Below are positions 39,440 through 53,369 of a DNA stretch of 64,000 nt, piece after piece. The position numbers and the translations under genes were made by a program. Each line of letters opens with the position of its first letter. The stretch's first letter is position 1. The notes below the pieces were generated by a model, which saw only the letters and a list, made by a program, of their open reading frames with translations, did no database searches and was not told where the DNA came from. The stretch covers positions 31,459,197 to 31,523,196 of the forward strand of contig NC_081356.1 of assembly GCF_030684315.1 (NCBI RefSeq). The letters run 5' to 3'. Source of the DNA: Stegostoma tigrinum (lineage: Eukaryota).

Positions 39440-40660
39440 ATCCTCTCTCTCCTTCACCTGGTCCATCTCAGACTGTTCCTTTCCCTTCCTTGGCTTCACC
39501 ATTTCAATTTCACCAATATCCATTACAAGGTAGACAAACAGGAGGCTGGAAAAGCACAGCAGGCCAGGCAGCATCTGGAGGAAAGGAGCAGTCAATGTTT
39601 TGGGTATTACTCCTCTTTAGGTCTAGACTCTCACACTGGGTACACTTACAGAGTTACGTTGACAGTGCTTCCACATACCCTGCTTCCTGCAAGGATTGCA
39701 TTCCATTCTCCCAGTTCCTCCGTCTCTGTTGCATCTATTCTGATGATGCCATCTTCCACCAGGCTGTCTCTGACATGACCTCCTTTTTCCTGAACTGAGT
39801 CTTACCCCCATTATCATGGCTGACAGGGCCTTCACCTGTGTCTGACCATTTACCCTCACCCTTTTCTCTACTTCCCAGAACAACAATTGGCTTCCAATTT
39901 CCACCTCACTAATCTCCGCATTCAAGAAATTATCTAATGCTGTTTCTGCCACCTCCTGCAGGATACCACCACCAAACACATCTTCCATTTCCCTCCATGA
40001 ACCCTGGTCAGCTCTATGATCACTCTGAATGCCTCCTCACTTCCACATGGCACCTTCCCATGCAATCATAGAAGGTATAAGCTCACGAGGCCTAATGCAG
40101 ATGGATGACCGCTTTGTGGAACACCTCTGCTCTGTCTACAGGAGAGACCTTAGTTGCTTGCCATTTCAGTAAACCACCTTATGCCGTACTGATATTTCCG
40201 TCCGGGGCTTCTCGCAGTATTCCAGTGAAGCACAACCGTGCTCAAGGAACAACACCTCATTTTCCATTTTGGCACTTTATTCTCAATGTCTCTGTATTGA
40301 ATTCAATAAATTCAGAAACTGACTGCTGTTGTCTGTTCTCAATTTTTCTTCCATTCTCCCCCTTGCTTACTTTGCCGCTAATGTAGAGAGATCCTATTCT
40401 CTCCCTATCAGACTTAAAGTTACATCCATCTGTTTTCCTCATTCACCACTATTAACAGCCTTTTTGCTTTTATCACTGGGCCTCTACACCATCTGCCATC
40501 CTGCTCCTCCTCCACCTCTGTCAAAGGTATACCCAAAAAATTTCCAATGCCTTTCTGCTCTGAAGAAGACTCAACATTAATTTCGTTTCTCGGACCACCA
40601 GTGAGCGCTGCCGTACCTGTCCAGTATTCTCTGTGTTTGTTTCAGATTTCCAGAATCCAC
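39440..40660 (+). mobile_element. Decayed Penelope-like element (RT thumb, GIY-YIG, terminal repeat) with nested short element at about 39530-39625
   Basis: QSYVDSASTYPASCKDCIPFSQFLRLCCIYSDDAIFH; EQHLIF motif near 40245. Confidence 0.75.
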
Positions 40661-41746
40661 TTTTATTAAAAAAAACTGGAGAGATTAAAATTTTCTTCAT
40701 GCCACCTTTATAAGAGCTTTGTCGGAAAGGTTGATGGAACCAGATTCAGTAGTGACCTTCAAAAGAAAGTTGAATAAATAGTTGAAAATTTGTTTGGTGA
40801 TATGGGAAGAAATGAGGGGCGGGAAGTGGTCCTAACTGGACAGCTCCTGAAGAGCCACTATAAGTACAGTGGGCAGAATGGCTAATTTCTTTGCTCTGTA
40901 ATTTCATGTTGTTGACTCTTTTCGTCCTCCCCATCTGCTGCTCCAGAAAAGGTGAGAAGCACCCAGCCACGTTCTCGTGACCGTGCAATCCAGTCGCTTG
41001 GATAATTAGATCAAAGTAAATTGCTAACACGTTAAGCTGCAGCAATAGCAACATTATGGAGCTTTTAGCTCCTGACTGTAAAAACAGGCTCAGTTTGTAA
41101 TGGGACAACTCTCAGTGGGCAGGTAAACATGGAGAGGAAGAATTATTAATGAAATTGTGAGGCCATCACACTGTTCCCATTATGGATGATGATCATTTTT
41201 ATGCAGTGGCTCTCTAATTGATCAACTCCCAAGGTGATTAGTGACCTGAAAATTATATTTTCTGAGCTGTCATTTAAATGATTTCTGAGGAGCGAAACCA
41301 CCCACATAGCAGTAGATTCCAATCTTGCATTAGGTGCCACACCATAATGAATGCCTTGGTCGAAGCTTTTAAATGTTCTGCTGATTCTACTGTGGGGGAG
41401 AGAAAACATTTCAATCTTTCAATAGAATATGAAAATACATTTAGGATTTAGCAAGTATTTTGTCATTTTTCCTGTTATTTTTTCAGGCTCCAGTGCTATT
41501 TTAATGTGTATTTGAGCAGGTCATCAGTTCATAGACTGATGGACCATAGAAAGAGCTCATTCGGCCCATTGTGACTAAACCAGCACTTTGAAAGAACTAT
41601 CCAGTTATTTCCACGCCCCAAATCTTTCCAAGCCGTCCTGTAAATTTCTGCCCTTCAGGTTTTTATCTGATTCCCTTTACAAAATAAAGATGGACTCAGA
41701 TTCCACTGTCCCTTCAGGAAGACATTCCTATCTCAGCAGCTAAAGA

Positions 41747-42285
41747 ATTCAATTCAATTAATAATACCGGCCTGGAATGGTGGGCTTGTATTGGCTTGTA
41801 TTTCACAAGTATTCTGAAACTTTGGACTGTCATAAAAACCCATCTGGTTCATTTGTCCTCTTCTGTAAAGGAAATCTGTCACAGGCCCATCCCATGTATG
41901 ATCCCAGACATACAGCATTGTGGTTGACTATTAATTGCCCTCTGAAGCGGCCTAGCCTGTCACCCAGTTGTAGTCAAACATCTTACTCACCGCCACATTC
42001 TTAGGGGCAATTAGGGATAGGAAATAAATTTTGTTTTCCTTTATTAATTCATAGAATTTGGGTGCAGTTGGCAGGGACACCATTTGTTGTTTAATCCTCT
42101 CACTGCCTATTGTCTGAGTAATCTGCTGTGTCTCGCACAGTATACTTGCTGTGGTTGGACTAGAACCCCGTGAACATTAAGCGTTGAGCCTGGGTCTCTG
42201 GATTACTTACCCATTAACATTGCTGCCACATCACTGTCTCCCCACCTAAATACTGACCCTGCACATGATGCCCAAATCCCATGAA
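41747..42285. mobile_element. SINE sharing its body with the tRNA-headed LINE, with an inverted second copy nested at about 42040-42245
   Basis: CCAGACATACAGCATTGTGGTTGACTATTAATTGCCCTCTGAAGCGGCCTAGC matches 14671-14739 (minus strand). Confidence 0.65.
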
Positions 42286-43410
42286 TAAACACCAAGAAAA
42301 GCTGGAGAAGTTTAAATGTGAAAACATGAAGCTCTTTGCAGATTGATTCTGTGTATTTTTAGAATTGCTTAAATACAGATTACTTTAAAAATGAGAAGGG
42401 AAGTCACCGTGTCTCTCAAATTGTAGGCTGGCTGACCAACTAATGCTGGGTTTAGTTTCTGCACGTGCTCTGTCTCTCAACTGGTGAAGTCATTTTCTTT
42501 TAGCATGGCTGTGTTGATGCTTATTTTGTTGGGCATTAAAATTAGACATTGGAGTTGTGGTCAAGGAATAGTTGAAGTTCCTCCCTCACTTCCACAGTGT
42601 TGTAGCTATTTGGATTCGTCAGTTAAATATTGTTGCCAGTCTGTTGCTAAGGAGTTTGGTATTAAGTGCCAACTTATATTTAGATGCAGAGCAATTCACA
42701 GGAGCATTTATCAGGCAAAATTTGACACTAAGCCATGCAGGGACATGATATAAGACTTATCTTGACTCAGTAACTTAATTTGAAATTATCCAAAGCTGGG
42801 CTGCCTATTTCCCAACCTGTTTTAGGTCCCATTCACCCATCAGCCTCTGTCTGACCTATACTGGCTCATGGTTTTTATCATCACCTCACATTAAATGCTC
42901 ACCTTCATTTTCAGGTCCTTCCATAGTCTTACCTCTCCTTTTCCCTGTAACTTCTCGCGCATCCTCAGTTTTAGTGGCTGATTTGCATACTTATCTCCAT
43001 ATAACTTCGCCTTTCCTCCCCATATCTCTTAGTAGCTGAGGTAAAGCTTTTGATATTTTTGGACTTGTATCAATTGAAAACTGCTCAAATTTTGTTTGCA
43101 ATGCTGCAAAAGTCTTAGGAATTCATAGAAGCTAGTGATAGTGGTAAACCGTACTTCAGTTATCAATGATTCAAAAGGTTAATTTTAAGACTGACACAGA
43201 ACAATGCACAGAATCCTGTATCTAAAAACTTCAGTGATGCCCATTCAGGGAATTTCATGGCGCCTCTCGATGGAACTTTGGAAAATTTCCAAATTGAATT
43301 TTGCTTTAATTGCTTTCCACTTTGCCAGTTTTCTTGAAATAATCAAGCATTGCATAATTCTTGCTTTGTTTATTTGGTGCCCATCAGAAAAACTTCTGAA
43401 TGTATACGTA

Positions 43411-43497
43411 GAGTCTAGGCCCAAAACGTCAGCTTTTGTTCTCCTGAGATGCTGCTTGGCCTGCTGTGTTCATCCAGCTCCACACTTTGTTATCCTG
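43411..43497 (+). mobile_element. Short Penelope-derived element with partial hammerhead
   Basis: GAGTCTAGGCCCAAAACGTC^AGCTTTTG...; same family as 12791-12894. Confidence 0.75.
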
Positions 43498-45761
43498 ATC
43501 AATATCCTGCTTCATTGTCTCAGGCTTTGGCCTTGACTACCTCCTTAGTGCCCGCCCAATCCAGTATTATCTCCTTGCCACTGTGATCAAAAGAATTGTG
43601 AGTACAAACTTAAGAACACTTTTCCTTTACTTGGATGGTTTGACCATAATTTAAATTGCATGGAGATTTTGTAGAGCTTCCAAATTGGCTTGGCGCCTGG
43701 ATGGTGGGGTCTAACCCTGTTTCCAACAGACTTACGTTTTGTTTGAGGGAAAACGGGTCGGGTGCTGGAATGTGAATCAGACAAGGGAAAGCTGAATTCG
43801 ATGCTGAGTCCAAACAGACCTATTTTTGACTGTGGCAGGGGCTTTAAACTACAGTCGCATGTTAATGGTGTGGATACGTTGACTCTGGAAGGATAAATAA
43901 TGTGTCAAGTGTCACAGTATGGCTATCTTTTAAACAGCCTGATCTTTGCATTTTTTAAAAATGGGCTGCTAGGGTCAATGAGATGTAAAAGAAGTGTATA
44001 TTCTATCAGTTACAATGACTGTATTTGCCTTTTAGCAAGGATTTCAAACCATCTCCTGCGTATCCAAACTAGCACCGAGATTGACCATTACCAGAGACCC
44101 AGAGCCTGCAGCCTGTAACTTGGATAGGGAGGAAGAGAAATAGAGAGGGGAAGCGATATAATGTGACACAAACAGTGACATGCAATCTGTCCACACGACT
44201 TAGGATGTTTGGCTGATTTACAAAAGCTTTAATTACCTTCGCTCAGTTGGGAGGCAGGTGGGTGGGAGGTTCTAGGTTCACAGCTCAGATTGACGGCTCA
44301 AATAGCCTGGTGAATACTTTGTTCCATTTTGCTGTTTTGGGGTTTTGAAGCAGGAAAGGGCACAGCTAGGACTAAACCCCAGAGAACTTAACGGCTTTGG
44401 CATTTGACCAAGCTTGTCACCATCTCTGATCTGCGATGGGTGGGTCTCTATCCCACTCTGACTGCCCCAGAGTGAAAGGTAGGTCTGCTGGAACACCAAG
44501 AAAGGTTAGCTGAGTTGGGGAACTTCCCAACTCGAGATACTCCCTTCATAACAGTGAAAATCTAACCTTGGGTGTCCACTCATTGTTTTTAAAAGTGAAG
44601 CAATGTGAAACAAAACTCCACATTTCACAAAATAGAAACAGAAAATGCTGGAAAGTACATCACCATTTCAGGGAGCAGTAATGGACAGAGAAACTGTCAG
44701 CAGTTCAGGCCAGTGATCTTTGCCGATTGGAAAAGGTTGGAGATATAGTAAGTTTGAAGCAAATACAGAGGTAGACATACATTGGGGAAAGGATGGATGT
44801 CATCGGGTCAATTCCCTAAAGTCACCCAGAAATTTAAGCCATTCTGTCAAGAACTTTCCATCACCAGTGTCGGACTTGGGTGGGAAGTGATTTACAGTGA
44901 GAGCCACAGCCGTAGTGTCTCGGATTTACTGTTATGAAAAACAAGACACGAGTGGAACAGAAAGTGACTTTGTAATGGGAATATTCAAAATGAATGATGC
45001 CTGTGCTATGTACAAGGAGCATGAATAGTTAGGCTAAATGGATAGTTCATTCAAAGGACTGGAATGTGTGTGATGACCCAAAAGCTCACCTTTTGAAGGG
45101 TATCATTCAATTATTAGAGCAATAATCCATAAATGTTTCAGTGATTAACTTTGAGTGATGCACAAACTGTGCGGAGTTGTAAATGTGAGCTGTAGAAATA
45201 CATTAGGTCATTACTTATGAGTTTTGTGTATGTGATTCACTCTCGGTGAGTCATAGTTTCCTCAAAAATCTTTTAAACAGGGAGCTATAGCCTCTGTGAT
45301 GTTGCTTTACCAACAATTTTTTTTTAATTTGCCATATACAGTTTTATATGGCTTTGAGCATACTACAAGGAATGTAGGTTAAACATGGAATTAAACTAGG
45401 CATTGCGATGACACTTAATGTTTGACTTAAATGCATAAACATCAGACTTGATCTTTCAGAACTGGTTTTCCCCTTACTTTCTGCAACGTCATTATGGCAG
45501 ACAGCAGTTGATTTTTTTGCTTCAAACGTGGCCAACATTTCAACTGGGACCCAAAAACCCTCGCTCTGCAGCTGCCAAAAACGTAAAGGCACTAAAATGT
45601 CTAATTTGCATCATTGATGTCTGTTGAGTGTTAGCTGCTTCTACTTTGGACTTTTTTCGAATCACAATTAAAGGAGAGCTTCAGTACTGTGCGTTAGGGG
45701 GTGACATTTTGGGGATGTACTGGCAAACCCTGAAGAAGAACATCAGAGCATCTGTTAAAGA

Positions 45762-45890
45762 AGTTCTGACAAAGAGTCACTGGACTCGAAATGTTGACTG
45801 TGCATTCTCCCCATAGATGCTGCCAGACCTGCTGAGGTTTGCTAGCAATTTCTGTTTTTTGTTTTAGCATCAGCAGTTCTTTGCTTTGTT
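45762..45890 (+). mobile_element. Short Penelope-derived element with hammerhead-like motif
   Basis: AGTT-CTGACAA-AGAGTC-ACTG-GACTC-GAAATGTT-GACT plus family tail. Confidence 0.7.
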
Positions 45891-46039
45891 TTCTGGTAAA
45901 GGTAAACTGGTACGAAATTCTTACTTCTGCAAACGGGGAAGTTTGTACTGGGAATAATGGTTACTGTAGGGCAAAAGAGAAAGTCCAAAACACAAACTGA
46001 AGGGCAAAACTAAGCTCAACGGAATCAGCTAAGTGAATA

Positions 46040-46270
46040 ACAACTTGCATTTATGTATCCAACTTTACTGTTGTAAAGCATCTCCAGCTGTTTCATAGGA
46101 GTGACTATCTAACACAAATTGACACAGAGCCCCAAAACAATCTACTCAGGTAACCGAAAGCTTTGCCGAAGAAGTAGATTTAAAGGAACGTTTTAAAGAA
46201 GAAGAGACTTGTAAAGAGGCTAAGGGGTTTGAGGAGTAAATTTCAGAGCTTATGGCCCCAGGTAGCTGTG
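46040..46270 (-). mobile_element. L2-type LINE 3' end
   Basis: AACAACTTGCATTTAT tail and L2-like body. Confidence 0.5.
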
Positions 46271-46457
46271 ATCTCACACGCCTATATTAAGTGAGATTTG
46301 AACTCAGACCTTCTGTCCCAGAGGCCAGCATACTGCCACTACTCTAGAAGACCCCTGTAAGTAGCTGTTAATTGTTAATTACTAAATTAAGGTCAAGTGT
46401 CTCTAGGTCAGGGATTCAAAGGAGAAAGAACTCATTGGATAATGAACTAATGTATTT

Positions 46458-46531
46458 GCTTCTGTAATGGTGTAATTCTTCTGTTTGCCTATCATGTGAA
46501 AAATCCTTGGTTCAAAACCAGATGGAAACCA
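46458..46531 (+). pseudogene. Degenerate tRNA-Val-like pseudogene
   Basis: GCTTCTGTA...GTTTGCCTATCATGTGAAAAATCCTTGGTTCAAAACCAGATGGAAAC aligns to tRNA-Val with CpG decay. Confidence 0.55.
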
Positions 46532-47025
46532 TATCAAAGAAACAAAACTGTGAGGAAAAGTTGCATTTTTCTCAATTGTTGTTGAACATAAAGATGCATT
46601 GGCATTGTACATTGAAAGTGCTGTATTTCTGATGAGATATTAGTCTGAGGATCTGTCTGCCAGCTCACATGAATGTAAAAGATCCTGTGGAACTGTGTCA
46701 GAGAAGAGATAGGAAGCTATTCTTCGTGTCCTTGTCAATACTTATAAAGAGACACTTATTCACATGGACAGTGGGTAGTAGCATTAGATTGGCAACATCT
46801 CACAGTGATTAAATCTAAAACTGCAATTGACTTCTGGTTTCTCACCAGTGGAGCAAGCTGGGAATGTACAAATTGCTGAGGAAGTGAAAACCAGGTTTGA
46901 ATGGATAGGTGAACAAATTGTAGGAGTTGAATTAATGCCACATAAATTATAATTTATCTGAACTAAACTTTCTCCTCTGCTTTTGTGTGAGAAATGCAAT
47001 CAGACAAACTTTGTTTTAAATGCAG

Positions 47026-47151
47026 GTTTCGCAGGCTGCCACCGAACTCCAGCAGTATTGTGTCCAGAATGCCTGTAAAGATGCGCTGTTGGTAGGATTA
47101 CCTGCGGGAAGCAACCCCTTCAGAGAACCTAGGTCCTGCTCCCTTCTCTAA
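47026..47151 (+). CDS. GNG10: GNG10 coding exon 2 (41 aa plus stop, CaaX motif CSLL)
   Basis: [41 protein letters not shown]; acceptor atgcag|GTT; donor CAG|gtatag 6 nt after the stop; total 68 aa. Confidence 0.95.
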   Translation, partial: VSQAATELQQYCVQNACKDALLVGLPAGSNPFREPRSCSLL

Positions 47152-47879
47152 AACCAGGTATAGCAGGCAGCTGTCAAGCTTAGCAGTCTGTGTTGTATGA
47201 AATTGTCTTATTCTGCATGCTTTGAAGGAAAGGTCACCCAGGACCCATAGAACGTTTTTTTTACAAAGGACCATCTCTAACCGTTCCCTCTCCCTGTGAG
47301 CAACTAAGAAAAGACATGTAACCAATTAAAGAAAATGTCAGAGGTCCGTAGGACCCCCTCACTGGCAAAAACCTGGAGGCCTTGACCAAGTGGTTAACTA
47401 TCCAGAATCTTACCTTTCTTCAGCCTTCATCTCTCAATTTTAATAGAAATGCAATCCACATTCCTCATTGCTGCCTCTGCGTCATTCTTCATTGGATCAA
47501 CCGCAACCCGCAAGTGCTTACTAGAACCAACCTAAGTCACTAGTTTTTCATTTATGCAGCCCTACTACCTCAATCCAACTGTCTAATTGCACATCATCAA
47601 CAACCTCAATAATTTTGAAGACTTGAGTCAGATGAACCGTACACGCAGACCTTTACAGTGAATTTGAACACAAGGCAAAATGTATGTTTCCATGGCTCAG
47701 TGCATTTCAGACAATTTAAAGGTGCTGTTCATGGATTAACATCAGAATCTAGTTTACTTTTACTGTAGCCACTCCTCATTCTATCATTTTCTTTACCGTT
47801 CCCAGGACAAATGAACTTTGGACTTGTTGTTAATTTTAGATTTCACACCTTGAATTTAATCTGCATCTTTTCATACATT

Positions 47880-48590
47880 TGAACATACAAATTAAGAACA
47901 AGAGTAGATATTTCAGCCATTTGATGTCAGCTCTGCCATTTGATAATAGAAAGGAAAATTCCACACAGGAACAACCCTCAGAGAAAAGAATTCTCCCCAT
48001 CACCATCTTAAACTGGAGTCCCTTATTTTCTGGTTCTATTTCTCCTGTACACTTGTTCTGTCTGAGGGAGACAACATCTCAGAATCTACTCCTCAGAATT
48101 GTACGGGTTTCAGTATGATCACCTCTCATTCTTCTAAATTGATATAGGCCCAGTCATTCCTCCTAAAATAACCCACGTTCCCCAGAATCAGTAACATGAA
48201 CTTCTTCTGAACTGCTTCCAATGCTATTCTGTTGTTTTTCAAACTGTACATAATTCAAAATGTGAACAGAAGTTCACGCTTTTCCACATTTAGTCTCTCT
48301 GCTAACTTCTTGCACACTTACTTTCCAAACTAAATCCCTTTACAGCTTCTTCATATTCTCCTGACAATTTGCTTTCCTACCTATTTCTGTATTAATAGCA
48401 AATTGAGCAACCATAAATATGATTCCTTCTCCTAAGTCATTTATGTTGGTGTAAACGGTTATGTCCCAGCACTGATCCCTTACCCGTTCCACTGGTTACA
48501 GCTTGCCAACCTGAATAAGACTAATTTATCTATACTTTCGGCTCCCTATTAGTTATGCAATCATCTTTCCATGATAATATGTTTCTTTGT
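47880..48590 (-). mobile_element. Old CR1-type LINE fragment
   Basis: CR1 tail and decayed RT on the minus strand. Confidence 0.55.
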
Positions 48591-49049
48591 ACACAGTTAG
48601 CGCTATCTTTCCTTTGAGATGTTTATGAAACATATTTGTATTTATTTTGAGCACAGTACAATCCTATAATTGTTAAATCAGTTGCAAAGTGCTTTCTAAT
48701 GCCCAGCCTTTTCTTCTCTTAATTTGTCTGTAACACACTGTCGCAGTCTGGTTTGTTTAATAACTTCCCTTTGTGCGGAATATAAGTGCAAAATGGCCTG
48801 TTTCTATGCTGCATATTCCTTATAAAAATGATTTCTCATTATTTTGAGTATATTTAAAGTCATAGTCATATTTAACAGTCTTTTATTCTGAATTCACTGA
48901 AGCTTCCCTAATTTTCTGTTATTTTTGTTAATTACTGGTATCTTTCGCTAACTGAAAGGACTAGTGCTAACTGTATAAGCCTAGAGATACCATCTTGTTC
49001 AGCGTAAATTGTCACTTTGAAGCCCTTGCATTTCATCATGCACTTCTCT

Positions 49050-51495
49050 GGAAAGAAAAACTTCAAGGAAATGATGCAGCACCCATGGCTAACTAAGGAA
49101 GTTAATGGTACCATCAAACTAATAAAATGTGTATAATTCTGCAAAGATGAGTGACAGGTCAGAAGATTGAAACATAGTACAGCTTATAAAGAGCAGCAAA
49201 GAATGTCTAGAAAGTTAATAGTGAATTTGAAATTAATAGTGAAAGTGAAATTAATAGTTAAGGAGTAGGAATGTTAAACAAGAGTAAAAAAGGAATAAGA
49301 ATTAGGAGTATAAGGGAAAGTTAACTTTGATATATAAAAACAGATTGTAAGCGTTTCCACAACTGTTTTTAAAAGAAGTAGAGTTTGTAAGGTGAGCACT
49401 GTTCCTCTAGAGAATCCGGGGAATTAACGCAAAATAAAGGAATGGCAGAAAAATTGAATGGATATTTTGCTTCTGACTTCATTGAAGAGGATAACGGTGT
49501 ATCCCAGAACTTTGTAGGAAGCTAGGGAAGTGATTGCTTGGTTCCTTGCTGAGATATCTGTATCATTCAATAGGTGAAGTACTCAAAGACTGCAGGGTGG
49601 TTAATATGGTGCCATTGTTTCAGAAAAAGCCAGGGTTCTATAGACCAGTGAGCCTGACGTCAGTCGTAGGTAAGTTGTCGGAGCGGTTTCTAAGGGACAG
49701 GATTTGCATGTATTTGGAAAGGCAAGGATTGTTTAGGGATAGTCAGCAAGACTTTGTGTTTGGGAACTTGTGTCTCTCTAACTTGATTGAGTTTTTTGAA
49801 GAAGTGACTAAGTTGGATGAAAGCAGAGCGGTGGATGTTATCTGTATGCACTCAGCAAGGCGTTTGACAGGAGTTTTGCATGGTAGACTGGTCATCAAGG
49901 TTAGATCATATGGAATCCAGGGAGAGCTAGCCATTAGGATACAAAATTGGTTTGAAGGTAGGAGACTGAGAGTGGTGGTGGTGGGTTGTTTTTTGGACTG
50001 GAGACCTGTGACCAACAGTGTGCAGCAAGGATCAGTGCTGAGTCCACTGCTTTTACTCATTTATCTAATTGGTCTGGATGTGATTATAGGAGGAATGATT
50101 AGTAAGTTTGCAGATTACACCAAAATTGATGGTGTAGTGGACAGTGAGGAAGGTTATCTTAGAGGACAATGGGACCTTAATCAAATGGGCTGATGGGTCG
50201 AAGAGTGGCTGATGGTGTTTAATCTAGACAAATGTGGGGTGCTGCATTTTGGAAAGGCAAATCAGGGCAGGACTTATACACTTAATAGCAGGGTCCTGGG
50301 GAGTGTTACTGAACAAAGAGACCTTGGGTGCTGGTTCATAGTTCCTGAAGGTGGCATTGCAGATAGACAAGGTAAAGAAGGTGGCGTTTGGAACCCTTGC
50401 TTTTATTGTCAGTGCATTAAGTATAGGAGTTAGAATGTCATATTGTGGTTGCACAGGACATTGTTTAGGCCCCTTTTGGAATACTATGTTCAATTCTGGT
50501 CTCCCTGCTATAGGAAAGGTGTTATAGAGTTATAGTTATAGAGTAGTTCAGCATAGAAACAGACACTTTGGTCAAACTCCATGCCACCCAACTATCCTAA
50601 TGTAATCTCACCCTATTTGCTACATCAAAAGTTGCCACACAATGTAAGAGCTCATGGAGATGTGGGCATAACACATTATCATCGAGGATTGGTTGGTGAC
50701 TAGGAAACTGAGGATGGGCATATAGTTTCATTTGTCAGTTCACAGTCTGTGCCACAGGGAACAGTGGACTATCAGTTATTTATGAACTATGTGAACTTGT
50801 TCACTTGAGGAAGAATAGAGAAGTATGATTTAAATGCAGAGAGATTGCAGAACTCTGCAGTGCTGAGGGATCTAGGTATCCTGGAACATGAACAATGTAA
50901 CATCAGTATGCAGGTACAGCAAGTGGTTAGGTCATGAATGGAATGATGATGTTTATTGCAAGGGGAATGTAATATAAAAGTAGGGATGTTTTGTTAAAGT
51001 TGTGGAGAATTTTGGGGCCCCGTCTGGAGCACTGTATACAGTTTTGGTGTCCTTATTTCAGAAAGGATGTAAAATTGTTAGTAGCAGTCCACAAAAGTTC
51101 ACTAACATTATGCCACAGATGGAGGGGGTATCAAATAACTAAAGGTTGGACATCTATCCATTAAGATGTGATCTGATTGAAACACGAAATCCTGGGGGGA
51201 CTTGATGATGTGGCTGCTAAAAGAGTATTTCTCATGTAGTCACAGTTTAAAAATAAGGGGTCTCTCATTTAGGATGATGTATATCCTGTGAATCAGAAGT
51301 CTTTAGAATGCTGGTGCTCAGAGTCTAGAGAATTGGCATACTTGAGACAGAGGTAAATAGATTCTTGACTAACAAGGGAGTCAAAGGTTGTTGGGAGAAA
51401 AGTGGAGTTCAGATAACAATCAGATGAGCCGTGATCTTATCGAATGGCGGAGGGGCTCAAAGGGCTGAATGGACTACTCCTGCTTCCAGTTATGG
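49050..51495 (+). mobile_element. Nested CR1-type LINE fragments (RT region)
   Basis: ORF 49534-50193: YRPVSLTSVVGK...VQQGSVLSPLL...SKFADYTKI; an older CR1 flanks both sides. Confidence 0.88.
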
Positions 51496-52347
51496 TCATC
51501 ATCAGGATAATGTAAAGCTTTACAATCTTTTGGGATTAAGTTTGGAATTGTTTTTCATGATACCAACTTGTCACCTCGTTTTGAAGGAATCAGTTGTTTC
51601 CAAAATGATTGGAAACTGTTTGATACAACTCAAATTGAGTCTGGAGCTTAATTGTCTCTGAATAGCTGTTATAATGGCCTGGAGCTTCACTTTACTAATG
51701 AGCAGTGTCATCTGCTTTTCCAGCTTAGATGGTGTAAACAAATAGTGTCTGGGCAAGAATGTCCATTGGGCTTTTTGTCATTGAGCAGCTTTTATTTGAG
51801 ATGCAATCTAATCAACTTTATTTTTAAAACAAAAACTGAGTAGGGTATAATTCTACATCTTGGCCCTGCCACATAAAGAGTTGGCGAGGCATACTTTCTC
51901 TCCATGGCGCGTTAATAAGGTGGAGGCAGAATTTCAGCTCCTCACCGGCTAGTGTTCTACCTTAGTAGCTGATCAGATTGTTTGATGCTTCCAGGAAGTG
52001 CCACCAAGAGCAGTAGCCGCTTCCGGGAACTATAGCAGTCTGCAAATTTAAGTTCCAGAGCCCAGATGGAGGCAAGAGTGGGGTTCTTCGGGTGTGGACA
52101 GGTTGGTGGGAGTGAGGTTGTGGTGAATGATGGGGGTTGTGATAGCAAGGCCATGCAGAGGGGGATCACTGGGAGGAGGGAACAGAGTGAGAGTGGAGGT
52201 GGGGTAGAGATGCTTCACAATGCGAAAAAACATCAATGATAGAGCCCGTGAGTTTGTTTCTGACCAAAAACTGCATACAATTGAACTGTGCAGTTCAGAA
52301 AGGATTCAGATTAGTTCCATGCAGTCATCAGAATTAACTGTAGGTAT

Positions 52348-53369
52348 TGGATGTGAGTTTGCTCGCTGAGCTGGAAGGTTCGTTTTCAGACATTTCGTCA
52401 CCATACTAGGTAACATCATCAGTGAGCCTCCGACGAAGCGCTGGTGTTATGTCCCGCTTTCTATTTAACTGGTTAGGTTTCCTTGGGTTGTTGATGTCAT
52501 TTCCTGCATTGGTGATGTCATTTCCTGTTCTTTTTCTCAGGGGATGGTAGATTGATTTGGAGCCAGTGTGTTTGTTGATGGAGTTCCGGTTGGAATGCCA
52601 TGCTTCTAGGAATTCTCGTGCATGTCTCTGTTTGGCTTGTCCTAGGATGGATGTGTTGTCCCAATCAAAGTGGTGTCCTTCCTCATCTGTACGTAAGGAT
52701 ACGAGTGATAGTGGGTCATGTCGTTTTGTGGCTAGTTGATGTTCATGTATCCTGGTGGCTAGCTTTCTGCCAGTTTGTCCAATGTAGTGTTTGCCACAGT
52801 TCTTGCAAGGTATTTTGTAGATGACGTTCGTTTTGTTTGTTGTCTGTATAGGGTCTTTTAAGTTCATTAGCTGCTGTTTTAGTGTGTTGGTGGGTTTGTG
52901 GGCTACCCTGATGCCAAGAGGTCCGAGTAGTCTGGCAGTCATTTCCGAAATATCTTTGATGTAGGGGAGAGTGGTTATGGTTTCTGATCCCGTTTTGTCT
53001 GTTTGTTTGGGTTTGTTGCTGAGAAAATCGGCGGACTGTGTTCATAGGGTACCCATTCTTTTTGAATATGCTGTATAGGTGATTTTTCTCTGCTCTGTGT
53101 AGTTCCTCTGTGCTGCAGTGTGTGGTGGCTCGTTGGAATAATGTTCTAATGCAGCTTCGTTTGTGGGTGTTGGGATGGTTGCTCCTGTAGTTCAGTATTT
53201 GGTCCGTATGTGTTGTTTTCCTGTAGACGCTGGTTTGAAGTTCCCCATTGACTGTTCGCTCTACTGTGACATCTAGGAATGGCAGTTTGCTGTTGTTTTC
53301 CTCCTCTTTTGTGAATGTTATGCCAGTAAAGGGTATTACTGATGGTCTTGAAGGTTTCCTCTAATTTGT
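52348..53369 (-). mobile_element. Young 5'-truncated Penelope-like element (RT C-terminus plus GIY-YIG endonuclease), 11-bp TSD
   Basis: LPFLDVTV..VYRKTTHTDQILNYRSNHP; KTNVIYKIPCKNCGKHYIGQTGRKLATRIHEH; TSD ACTGTAGGTAT 52337-52347 / 53370-53380. Confidence 0.92.
52386..52425 (-). ncRNA. Minimal type I hammerhead ribozyme motif of the Penelope element
   Basis: UCA-CUGAUGA-U-GUUACC-UAGUAU-GGUGAC-GAAA-UGUC^UGA. Confidence 0.65.

Noticed and set aside
49534-50193. 219-aa ORF as a host gene
   Set aside because: Decayed CR1 reverse transcriptase with mutated catalytic motif (FADY) and flanking frameshifts
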